Below, piece after piece: positions 29,410-38,123 of a stretch of DNA of 60,754 nucleotides. Made by a program: the position numbers and the translations under genes. Source of the DNA: Enterobacteria phage JenP1. The notes below the pieces were generated by a model that made no database searches, was not told where the DNA came from, and saw only the letters and a program-made list of their open reading frames with translations. The stretch is taken from sequence record NC_029028.1. One strand, 5' to 3'. Every line of letters begins with the position of its first letter. The stretch's first letter is position 1.

Positions 29410-29890
29410 CGAACTTATTTCCTTTCGATCTGTTCTCGTGCTTTGGTAAATACTGTAAATTACACATTACATGAAGTCCACTTACCAACTCGCCAAGTAG
29501 AGGTATTATATGATCCACTTCATACCCATCTGGGCAATTTTCGTAGAATCGTTTAATCTCTTCTTTCTCTGACCATGCTGGAACTCTTAATAAACGTTGT
29601 GCTCTACAATAGGACGATATACTTCTACATAAATGTTTATTATCTTCATAGAATTGAGATTGTCTAATTCTATTTCTCTCTTTAACATCTGGTCTTTGAA
29701 AATAATCTCTGTTAGCTCTCCTGTATTTTTCAGGATTTTGTTGATAATATTTAATCTGGTCTTCGTTAGCACAAACTACACATCCACCAGTGACATGTCT
29801 TTCTGCTATATGACCTCTCTTACAAGGTTTACCAGTATAATAACGTTTTAGCCCCTTCTCTATAGCTTGTTTTCTAGATATAATGTGCAT
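29402..29890 (-). CDS. HNH endonuclease
   Basis: 162 aa; HNH core EVDHIIPL...GL...N.Q; N-terminal Cys/His cluster; AGGTGA RBS. Confidence 0.65.
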   Translation of the reverse strand: MHIISRKQAIEKGLKRYYTGKPCKRGHIAERHVTGGCVVCANEDQIKYYQQNPEKYRRANRDYFQRPDVKERNRIRQSQFYEDNKHLCRSISSYCRAQRLLRVPAWSEKEEIKRFYENCPDGYEVDHIIPLLGELVSGLHVMCNLQYLPKHENRSKGNKFDV

Positions 29891-29959
29891 TGTTCACCTA
29901 ACAAATAAGCGCCCGTAGGCGCTTATTATATTAAAGATAACGTATGATTCGCAAATCAG

Positions 29960-30559
29960 TTACTTTTTACACGCTTCAAGGAATTCTTTGCGCCAAATGT
30001 AACCGTTCTCAGTTTCCATACCGAAATCACCAATCGCAGTTGCGCCACGGAATGCTTTAGTAATAGTAGAGCTTCCGCATACCTGTTTAACACCGCGCGA
30101 CTCCATACACATATGCTTGGCGTCAATATAAACACACACAGCTTTCGGGTCCAAGTGCTCTACGATGGCATCCGCAATTTGGTTAGTTAGACGCTCTTGG
30201 ACTTGCAAACGACGAGCAAAAGCATCTACGACGCGAGACAGTTTAGAAAGCCCAACAATTTTCCCATTTGGTACATATCCCACAACAGCACGACCGATAA
30301 TGGGAGCCATATGATGCTCACAATGGCTATAAACTGGAATATCACGGACGATGACCATTTCATTACAGTTTTCCCCACCATCTTCAAAGGTCTTGAACAG
30401 AGATGCAATATCAGTATTGTAACCACCGAACCACGTCTCAAATGCTTTAGCAACACGTTCAGGTGTTTCTTCTAACCCTGGACGAAGAGGACCAAAATCA
30501 TTTTCTTCAATCTGACGAAGGATATTTTCAATGTGTTGCGCAATAACAAATTTATTCAT
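29960..30559 (-). CDS. folE: GTP cyclohydrolase I
   Basis: 199 aa; VRDIPVYSHCEHHMAPIIG and GLSKLSRVVDAFARRLQVQERLT closely match E. coli FolE motifs. Confidence 0.85.
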   Translation of the reverse strand: MNKFVIAQHIENILRQIEENDFGPLRPGLEETPERVAKAFETWFGGYNTDIASLFKTFEDGGENCNEMVIVRDIPVYSHCEHHMAPIIGRAVVGYVPNGKIVGLSKLSRVVDAFARRLQVQERLTNQIADAIVEHLDPKAVCVYIDAKHMCMESRGVKQVCGSSTITKAFRGATAIGDFGMETENGYIWRKEFLEACKK

Positions 30560-30585
30560 GGTTTACAGTTTCCTTGTGTGGTCAA

Positions 30586-31101
30586 TCATTTGCAATAGTT
30601 GACATGACATTTGGACGTTTCTTCAATGGTGCATTCTACCAGTTCAACACCATACTCGTCAAGAAGTTGTGGGCCGATTACGTCAACCATATATGCAGCT
30701 AAGTTTTCCGCAGTTGGGTTGAACGGTAAAGATACCAGCGAGTTGTCAAAGTCCCTTACATCACGACCCGTAGTTTCGTCACAAAGTTCACAATCAACTT
30801 GAAGAGCTTTAATCAAAGGATCTTCTTCCCAATGCAGGAATTTATGATCCCAGTTGTCTTCCAGCCATTGACAGAGTGTAGTTTTAACCACACTAAAGTC
30901 AATCACTCGCCCAACAGCGTCCAACTTTCCAGGCTTAGTTGCCATACTTGCTGGCGCTATGCCTGGGATTGTTTCAGGTTTCGGCGCAACTTTAAAATGG
31001 AACTTATAGTTGTGACCGTGAAGGTGGCGACATTTACTTTCATGCCCTACAACACGATGCCCAGCGCAAATCTCATGTGAACGAATGACAGTGTAACCCA
31101 T
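30586..31101 (-). CDS. queD: 6-carboxy-5,6,7,8-tetrahydropterin synthase
   Basis: 171 aa; AGHRV...CRHLHGHNYKF zinc-binding/catalytic motif characteristic of QueD/PTPS. Confidence 0.8.
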   Translation of the reverse strand: MGYTVIRSHEICAGHRVVGHESKCRHLHGHNYKFHFKVAPKPETIPGIAPASMATKPGKLDAVGRVIDFSVVKTTLCQWLEDNWDHKFLHWEEDPLIKALQVDCELCDETTGRDVRDFDNSLVSLPFNPTAENLAAYMVDVIGPQLLDEYGVELVECTIEETSKCHVNYCK

Positions 31102-31103
31102 TT

Positions 31104-32519
31104 TTATTCCTCGTTTTCGTATTTAATAACTTCTTGTGCGTTATTAATATTAAACGCAGTCTGGCGCATCATGCAAGGGCCGCAAGTACCACAATGCAAA
31201 TCCCCGTTACGGTAACAGCTCCAGGTATGCTCAAGCGGGGCCCCTAAACGCAGACCTGTAGCGACAATTTCGTGCTTCATTAAGTTACCTACTGGCATGA
31301 GCACTTCAACGCGCTTACCGTCACCTACAGCGAACGGTAACACTTGATTAAAGCGGTTAATAAACTCAGGCTCATTATCGGGGTAGGCTCCAGCTTCTTC
31401 TAAATTGTTACCAAGAACAATATAGTCAAAACCGTTAGCTTCTGCGTATGCAGTAGCAACAGAAAGCATTACAAGGTTACGAGCTGGAACCCATTCATGC
31501 GCGAACTCAGCGCCTTCTTCACCGCCAGCAATTGCAGCATCTTGATCAAATAATGGGCTATCTTTCTTATCATAAATTGGGATTGGAAATTCAATTAATG
31601 GAACTTCCATCACCTCCGCAATCTTACGAATAGCATACAGCTCATTAGTTTCTGCACGACAACCATATTGGAAGTTAATCAGAGTAACATCTAAACCATT
31701 GGACTTACACATTTGAGCTGCTACTGTGCTGTCCATACCACCACTGGCAACAACTAACGCGCGTTGAGTCTGCTTATTTGGAATAAGATCAACTTCATTG
31801 CATACATCAGTCGATGTGACCACATTGCAGGTGTAAGGTTTCAGCATTTGCTTAATAGCACGGGTTGGTAGCATATCCTCCTGGCTGGCAAAATACATAC
31901 CCGTCTGAGTCTTACCAATCCAAATTGGACGGTAATTACATGCTGCAAACACATACCCAGGAAGTGAATCATGTGTCGCAAGGATCGCGAAGCTACCTTT
32001 CAATTTGCGAACAACTTCATGAAACACACTGTACAGGTAATTAAAGTCAGACAAACACATTTCATCTGCTGAAAGTGTACATTCTGCTAACTGTTCGACA
32101 ATCGCAGCACTATCAATCTTAGTCTGTAGTGCATAGGTACGAAGGTCTTTATCGTTCGCAATAGTACCGTTATGAACAATAGTCCAACCATCCATATGAT
32201 AAGGTTGCTGATCCCACTCATTCTTGTCAACGACCCACTCTGTAGTCGGTTCAGCGCGAGCGTTACCAATCATTGTGAAGCTACCGATAGCTCCAGCATG
32301 AGATGCAATGCGCCCAACTTTAACAAGACGTTCCAGGGATGTTTCCTTACCGACACTAACGATACGTTGCGGGTGCATACTGTGGTCACCATGCGTAAAG
32401 CGTACACCAAGACCATCACGACCACGATTGATACTAGCTTTAATGAGATCGTTGATATCGTTACGAATGATAAGACTTTCAGGTTGACCGTTAGTAATAA
32501 CACCAAAGATAGAGCACAT
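31104..32519 (-). CDS. gat-queC: glutamine amidotransferase (class II)-QueC fusion (Gat-QueC type)
   Basis: N-terminus MCSIFG like asparagine synthetase class II GATase; C-terminal QueC motifs VVASGGMDST, FQYGCRAE, VPARN, CYRNG...CGTCGPC; ATG 32519 (ORF track starts upstream at 32567). Confidence 0.75.
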   Translation of the reverse strand: MCSIFGVITNGQPESLIIRNDINDLIKASINRGRDGLGVRFTHGDHSMHPQRIVSVGKETSLERLVKVGRIASHAGAIGSFTMIGNARAEPTTEWVVDKNEWDQQPYHMDGWTIVHNGTIANDKDLRTYALQTKIDSAAIVEQLAECTLSADEMCLSDFNYLYSVFHEVVRKLKGSFAILATHDSLPGYVFAACNYRPIWIGKTQTGMYFASQEDMLPTRAIKQMLKPYTCNVVTSTDVCNEVDLIPNKQTQRALVVASGGMDSTVAAQMCKSNGLDVTLINFQYGCRAETNELYAIRKIAEVMEVPLIEFPIPIYDKKDSPLFDQDAAIAGGEEGAEFAHEWVPARNLVMLSVATAYAEANGFDYIVLGNNLEEAGAYPDNEPEFINRFNQVLPFAVGDGKRVEVLMPVGNLMKHEIVATGLRLGAPLEHTWSCYRNGDLHCGTCGPCMMRQTAFNINNAQEVIKYENEE

Positions 32520-32520
32520 A

Positions 32521-33282
32521 TTATTTACCTTCTTTAACCATTTCAATTTCACGCTCAACGGATACAATAATGTCGTTGAGGTCTTCTAGCAAGTCTTTAT
32601 GACCTCGCTCACCAGCACACAGCACTTTCTTCAGTGCATGTTGCATGGGCCCACTGGTTACATTGAATGCTTTAATTACGTCGTACACGTCAACCCATAC
32701 ATCAATTTCGATTGGGCTACCATTAATGTCATGGGATTCAAAAGTTTTAATTTTGCGCATATATTTATTTGGACGTGGAGCTTTAATCTCCTGGATACAA
32801 CCCTTGTCGATAAACGTTTCTTTAATGAATACTTCAGGATTGCCTTCTTTGTCACGGTCAACGTTAAAGACATTCATAAGTAGATCGTCCATGATACTGG
32901 TTAATTTCTGAGTAGACGTTGTGTGCTTCACGGTATTCGCTTCCGCTTCTTCTGGCACTTTCTGGCTTCTTCTGGCAGAAGCATTGATTCGCCATTTGTA
33001 AAGTGCATTGCGTGGAGGTGTTACATGCGTGTTGTAGACAGTCTTTAAGTTCATAAGATCGTGTCCATCCATACCTTCAACAAAGACAGTGAGTGCAGGA
33101 CAACTATCGTTCAAAACATCCACTACATATCCTTCTCGAATTACAGATGCAAGAGCTGCATGGGACGCGGCCTGAGAAACTGTGGTTACATAATGTTTTA
33201 CAAATCCGTCTTCATCAAACAGACACTGGTTCAACACATTTTCTGGAACGATTTCACCGAGTAATTGAACGTACTTATTCAT
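32521..33282 (-). CDS. hypothetical protein embedded in 7-deazaguanine cluster
   Basis: 253 aa ORF between queE and gat-queC, translationally coupled to gat-queC; no motif recognised. Confidence 0.45.
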   Translation of the reverse strand: MNKYVQLLGEIVPENVLNQCLFDEDGFVKHYVTTVSQAASHAALASVIREGYVVDVLNDSCPALTVFVEGMDGHDLMNLKTVYNTHVTPPRNALYKWRINASARRSQKVPEEAEANTVKHTTSTQKLTSIMDDLLMNVFNVDRDKEGNPEVFIKETFIDKGCIQEIKAPRPNKYMRKIKTFESHDINGSPIEIDVWVDVYDVIKAFNVTSGPMQHALKKVLCAGERGHKDLLEDLNDIIVSVEREIEMVKEGK

Positions 33283-33394
33283 AATGATTTACCTTATCAG
33301 TTGAACATACCATGTCTTCTAGCGCGTTGACCGTCACCGGCATAATGATCATTAGCCACAGCAATCATCCACGCGTTTTTGAATATGTATAACT

Positions 33395-34102
33395 TCACTC
33401 TACACCTAAATACTTGTGAACCTGTAATTGCACGATGTAATTATGCTTCATTGCATATTTAACGACAGCTTGAGCGTTTGCTTTATTAGCATCGTCGTCC
33501 TGTTCATCCATAGGTTGAAGATAAATTTTACCTTTAAAGTGTACAGGCGGACGTGCGATAAATGGTGTCGCACGGTGATCCAGTGCCTGCAACGGTAATC
33601 CATCTTCCTCGTTGACGTTTCCGCTTTTCATTACATATTTGAAAGCATCTGCTCGAGCGGAAACGCTAGGGTGAACCTTTGCTGCCTTAGGACTACATAC
33701 TACCACACAGTTATAGTTGAGTTCACGCGGGATGGGCATAGTTCCGTTAGTTTCAACCTGTACACGATAACCTTTCATATCGATAAGGTAGTTGATAAAA
33801 TTAACAACTTCGGGTTGACGGAAAGGTTCGCCGCCAGTAATGACAACTAATTTAGTCTTGGCTTCACCAGTGACACGGACAATCTCTTGCCAAATGTCAC
33901 CGTGATTCATCTTCTTACGATTGGACGTATAGTTTGTGTCACATCCTGGGCATTGCAGATTACAACCAGCTAATCGAACAAATACGGCGGGTTGACCACA
34001 AAATGGGCCTTCACCTTGAATGGTATGAAAAATGGAATGTACATCAAGAATACCACGTTCACGAACTAGCTTCTCAGGTTCCTGAGTATTAATAATTTTC
34101 AT
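33395..34102 (-). CDS. queE: 7-carboxy-7-deazaguanine synthase (radical SAM)
   Basis: 236 aa from ATG 34102; motif IQGEGPFCGQPAVFVRLAGCNLQCPGCDT matches QueE. Confidence 0.8.
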   Translation of the reverse strand: MKIINTQEPEKLVRERGILDVHSIFHTIQGEGPFCGQPAVFVRLAGCNLQCPGCDTNYTSNRKKMNHGDIWQEIVRVTGEAKTKLVVITGGEPFRQPEVVNFINYLIDMKGYRVQVETNGTMPIPRELNYNCVVVCSPKAAKVHPSVSARADAFKYVMKSGNVNEEDGLPLQALDHRATPFIARPPVHFKGKIYLQPMDEQDDDANKANAQAVVKYAMKHNYIVQLQVHKYLGVE

Positions 34103-34227
34103 ATGATTTCCAAATTTGGCTTGAGCCCAGTGGTGGGCGATAATGGCTTGTGCAAACATTTGAACCTCGGGGTAAGATAACAAAGGGGCAGTAAATGCCC
34201 CTTCTGAGTTTCCGAAGTATCTACAGA

Positions 34228-35052
34228 TTACTCTGCAGTTTTCTGAGACGGAATTTCTACGTTAGCGGCCGCTTGTGCAATATTAGCAGGTACTGGAACG
34301 GATACGCGACCAGTAATGCCCATGTATTTCTTCCAGCGAGCGTATTCCGCTTTAACGTTCGCTTCGTTCAGGCCTTTGTCCAGTGCAACAGGCAGAACGT
34401 AGCTGATCGGTGCAGTCTGACCCAGCTCCAGGGTGACAGCGTCAAAGATATCCCATGCAGCACGGCACAGAGTACCAACACCAGGCTTACGAATACCGTT
34501 CTGTTCAGGCTCTTTCTTAGCTTCGCGTTCTGCTGCTTTACGAGCACGCTCTTCGTCCTGCAGACGTTTCTTCTCAGCGCGTTGTGCGTCACGTTGCGCT
34601 TTTTCAGCGGCCTTAGTGGCTTCGCGGGCAGCGGATACACGACCTTTAACATCTTTCAGAGTGGATTCGATGGAAGAAACCAGATCTTCAGATGCTGCAA
34701 CGGCAGTTTTCAGCTGATCGTTGTCTTTAACTTTACGTGCGGCCGCTTTGACAGCTTTCAGACCTTCTTTAGCGGTCTTCAGCTGAGCTGTAACTACGCC
34801 TTCAACTGCTTTAACTTCGTCCAGCAATGAACCTTCGTTCAGGGTCGCGAACTGTTCTTTAACAGCGGACACAGCACCTTCGATCACATTGTAACCGGCA
34901 GTGGCTTCGTTCAATGCGGCGTCAACTTTAGCCTGCAATTCACGTGCTGCTTTTTCTTCAGCTTCACGTTTTTTCTTTGCTTCAGCTTCTTTTGCTGCTT
35001 TCTTTGCTGCTTCTTCTGCTTCCAGTTGTTCTGGAGTTTTCTCTTTAGCCAT
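34228..35052 (-). CDS. highly charged Lys/Ala/Glu-rich coiled-coil protein with conserved C-terminal domain, unknown function
   Basis: 274 aa; near-consensus promoter upstream; first gene of the operon leading into queE. Confidence 0.5.
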   Translation of the reverse strand: MAKEKTPEQLEAEEAAKKAAKEAEAKKKREAEEKAARELQAKVDAALNEATAGYNVIEGAVSAVKEQFATLNEGSLLDEVKAVEGVVTAQLKTAKEGLKAVKAAARKVKDNDQLKTAVAASEDLVSSIESTLKDVKGRVSAAREATKAAEKAQRDAQRAEKKRLQDEERARKAAEREAKKEPEQNGIRKPGVGTLCRAAWDIFDAVTLELGQTAPISYVLPVALDKGLNEANVKAEYARWKKYMGITGRVSVPVPANIAQAAANVEIPSQKTAE

Positions 35053-35107
35053 GATTTAAATCCTCACAGTGTGGTTATTGGTTGTGAACTACGTTCTAAG
35101 TGGTTGC

Positions 35108-35136
35108 ACTATAACCCCTCTAAAAGAACTATGCAA
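35108..35136 (-). promoter_or_regulatory. sigma70-like promoter (TTGCAT-17-TATAGT) for leftward operon
   Basis: on minus strand: -35 TTGCAT, 17-bp spacer, -10 TATAGT, then GAGGA RBS and ATG at 35052. Confidence 0.45.
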
Positions 35137-35148
35137 TATTTTAGTTAA

Positions 35149-35871
35149 TTAATTTAAGCCACGTTCTTTTACCCAGACCCCTAATGTATTACTTGATGTA
35201 TTACGCTTCACACCTTGTGCCTCTAAACGATCCATCATTTGTTTTCTAAGCTGAAGGATTTCCTTCTTGTCATGAGGTTCACCAGCTTCTTTCCACATTT
35301 CGTCAGCAACAGCGAAAATAATATCGCGAGTGCCGGCTGTACGCGACGTTGCGGCACGTTTTTCGTTTGCCGGTGTGCTAGTACCTTGCCGCTCTCTTGT
35401 CGGTGTCCATACCCCTTGTATGCCCATATTTGTTTGTACGGTTGGGCCGTCAATGATGGTGGATTCCAATGAACTATCATTCCGTACTTGAATATTAGGC
35501 TCCTCCCCCAAATCTGGAACAGAGCTGCCTTCGCGGTACATGCACTCACCCTCTTTATTACTAGCAATTGCCCAGTCCGCTTGTTCAGCCACATCCGCAT
35601 CTATTACTGTCTCCGGTATTTCATTTAAAAAGTAATGGATGATCTTACTGATCATTTTCTTTGGATATAAAGCACCTTGCTTATTACCCGTTAAGTTGAT
35701 GTACAAAAGTTGCATTTGCACATCATCAAACTCTTTATACAGTTCTTCAACTTCTAACGGAAGAACTACAGAACTTTCGCTACAGCATAGAATTCCATAC
35801 TCATGAAGACGTTGGAAGTTTGGATGCTTAGCTAATATCTGCATCCGATCGTAATCAATTAAGACGTACAT
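35149..35871 (-). CDS. hypothetical protein
   Basis: 240 aa from ATG 35871 (ORF track 35949); start abuts upstream stop. Confidence 0.4.
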   Translation of the reverse strand: MYVLIDYDRMQILAKHPNFQRLHEYGILCCSESSVVLPLEVEELYKEFDDVQMQLLYINLTGNKQGALYPKKMISKIIHYFLNEIPETVIDADVAEQADWAIASNKEGECMYREGSSVPDLGEEPNIQVRNDSSLESTIIDGPTVQTNMGIQGVWTPTRERQGTSTPANEKRAATSRTAGTRDIIFAVADEMWKEAGEPHDKKEILQLRKQMMDRLEAQGVKRNTSSNTLGVWVKERGLN

Positions 35872-35872
35872 G

Positions 35873-36112
35873 TTAATCCTTCCACCACTCGGGCCCACAA
35901 TACATTCCACGTAGTTCTTCACGCATGTAATTTTCAAACTCGTCTTCAATGTTGATTACTTGACTTTCGTGAAAAACTGCCACACCATGAATAAATCGTT
36001 TAGCTCTTTCCCCTTTAATTACACCGTAACCTAACTCCTCCCACTCTTTAAAAGTTTTCCATTCACCTTCTTCCGGTGAATGGTCGTCACTTCTAAACGT
36101 CATCTTTGCCAT
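35873..36112 (-). CDS. hypothetical small protein
   Basis: 79 aa from internal ATG 36112, directly after helicase stop. Confidence 0.35.
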   Translation of the reverse strand: MAKMTFRSDDHSPEEGEWKTFKEWEELGYGVIKGERAKRFIHGVAVFHESQVINIEDEFENYMREELRGMYCGPEWWKD

Positions 36113-36119
36113 ATAAGCC

Positions 36120-38123
36120 TCAAAATGGAATGTCGTCATCAAAATCTGGTGGTAGCTCTTTACCGTTACCAGTAAGAATAGGTTGATTAGACGTAGAATG
36201 CAATACTGTCGTACGGGAATCAGTCTGCTCATCTTCATCAAACTTATTCGTATAACTGCCACCAAACTGGGACAGACCATTCATTGCTGCGATTTGTACA
36301 ACCGGACGTTCGTTGGTTGCCTCTTTCTTACCGAACTCACTACCGTCATAACAACTATTCAACACTTCGGGGAACTTACCCTTCAAGTTGACATAAATGT
36401 GCGTCGGTACACGAAGCTGGCTGACCACATTGAGGGCTTCGTCAATGTTAGCTGGGATTGCCAGGCTGCAATGCTCACGCCACCAGTTACGCGCTTTCTT
36501 ACCCGCAAAGCCGGTATGGAACAGGCAGATATATTGTTGAATAGTTTGTGAGCCACAAAGATAATCGACACGAAGTGTTGGTGGCTTAGAACGGTCACCC
36601 CTGTTCTCGTGACGATAATAACTCACCATATCAACTTTCAACACTTCAGTAACTGGTAAATCATTCTTGATAATAGCTTTCGTACTTGCACTCGCCATCA
36701 GTTTCTTCTCAAAAGTAAACTCATGGCCGCAATAACCAGCACGACACGCTTTATTATTTGTAATGGTATAACCTAATCCTTGTAGATAGAGTATTTCTTC
36801 ATGAGACATGCTGCTTGTGTCGAATGGTTTTAACCCACCACAGAAGCGAACTGACGCATGGTTCCATGTCTTACATATTGGACATTCCTTAACAGGTGCA
36901 GCGGATTTTCCTTTCTGCCCTGGGCGCTTAGGAATGACCGGGTCATTAATAGGCCCAAGACGTCTTGTGTTACCTGCATAATCCAATACAAGACAGTTCT
37001 GTTTATGCGAAGCGGAGATAGCTTGCAAACGACCCTCTGTTGTGGTCAAATCAAAACCATCTGCATAATCAGGTCGCGTACCACGTCCAAGCATCTGAAC
37101 CCACAAACGGGAAGATTGAGATGGTCGCATACCAATTATCAAGTCAAGTCCAGGATGGTCGAAGCCTGTCGTTAATACGTTGTTGTTTGCTATTGCCTGC
37201 AAACGACCAGCTTTAAAATCAATAAGATACTGGTCACGCAAGGCTTTCGGTGTATCACCAGTTACAACTTCACAACTAATACCGCGCTCGTTGAGGTAGT
37301 CTTTGACATCTTTTGCATGGTCTACACCAGCACAAAAGATAAGCCAACTCATTCTATTCTCTTCTTCCGCAATACTAATCGCATCATCTAATAAATGGCG
37401 AGTTACATCAGGATCGTTTACAACCTTTTGAAGCTCACTTTCAATGAACTCACCTCCTCGAGTATGAACACCACTTACATCATACTCTTTCTTTGTTTTA
37501 CGTGGTACTAACGGAACAAGATAACCTTCATCGATGAACCAGTTGAAGCACTCTACGGTACACGCGTTAAATACGATTTCATCAAATAGAGCGTTAGGCG
37601 CATAATCATCTTTGATAATAGAACCAAAACCAAGACGCCAACTCGTAGCAGTAAGACCGATAATCTTTAGATATGGATTCTTTTCACGAATGTGCGCAAA
37701 GAACTTCTGATAACTTGTTTGCTGATTTGGACTAATAAGGTCACATTCGTCAACTATAATAATATCAACGTCCTCAAAGTATTTAGCTTGTTTTGCAACA
37801 GACTGAATACCCGCGAACGTTATCATTGCGTTCTTATCTTTGCGGCCCATACCAGCACTATAAATACCAGTCGGTGCTTCAGGCCACAATTTCTTGAATT
37901 TATCGTGGTTCTGGTCTATTAATTCTTTTACGTGAGTAATTACCATCATGCGGGTACTACCCCAATTATCATGAATTGTCTTTAATAGACCAGCAATTAC
38001 AAGGGACTTACCAGTCCCTGTAGGCAACAAGATAACAGGATTTCCTGACTTTTCACCATGCTTGATGAAATAGCGCAATGTACTATTTACAGCTTCTTGC
38101 TGATAATCACGTAGTTTGAACAT
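36120..38123 (-). CDS. SF2 DNA helicase with C-terminal zinc-finger region and SSB-like C-terminal tip
   Basis: Walker A LLPTGTGKS, DECD box, later helicase motifs; Cys clusters CPICK...C and CRAGYCGHEF; final residues DFDDDIPF. Confidence 0.7.
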   Translation of the reverse strand: MFKLRDYQQEAVNSTLRYFIKHGEKSGNPVILLPTGTGKSLVIAGLLKTIHDNWGSTRMMVITHVKELIDQNHDKFKKLWPEAPTGIYSAGMGRKDKNAMITFAGIQSVAKQAKYFEDVDIIIVDECDLISPNQQTSYQKFFAHIREKNPYLKIIGLTATSWRLGFGSIIKDDYAPNALFDEIVFNACTVECFNWFIDEGYLVPLVPRKTKKEYDVSGVHTRGGEFIESELQKVVNDPDVTRHLLDDAISIAEEENRMSWLIFCAGVDHAKDVKDYLNERGISCEVVTGDTPKALRDQYLIDFKAGRLQAIANNNVLTTGFDHPGLDLIIGMRPSQSSRLWVQMLGRGTRPDYADGFDLTTTEGRLQAISASHKQNCLVLDYAGNTRRLGPINDPVIPKRPGQKGKSAAPVKECPICKTWNHASVRFCGGLKPFDTSSMSHEEILYLQGLGYTITNNKACRAGYCGHEFTFEKKLMASASTKAIIKNDLPVTEVLKVDMVSYYRHENRGDRSKPPTLRVDYLCGSQTIQQYICLFHTGFAGKKARNWWREHCSLAIPANIDEALNVVSQLRVPTHIYVNLKGKFPEVLNSCYDGSEFGKKEATNERPVVQIAAMNGLSQFGGSYTNKFDEDEQTDSRTTVLHSTSNQPILTGNGKELPPDFDDDIPF

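Noticed and set aside
31104-32567. Separate QueC in addition to the Gat-QueC fusion, and the 487-aa version of the fusion ORF
   Set aside because: Only one QueC-like domain is present in the window; the upstream 16 codons of the ORF-track call overlap the preceding gene, and the ATG at 32519 gives the canonical MCSIFG amidotransferase N-terminus
34195-34830. Plus-strand ORFs (211 aa and 94 aa) overlapping the coiled-coil gene
   Set aside because: Antisense to a well-supported minus-strand gene with promoter and RBS; Arg/Ser/Cys-rich composition typical of a non-coding frame
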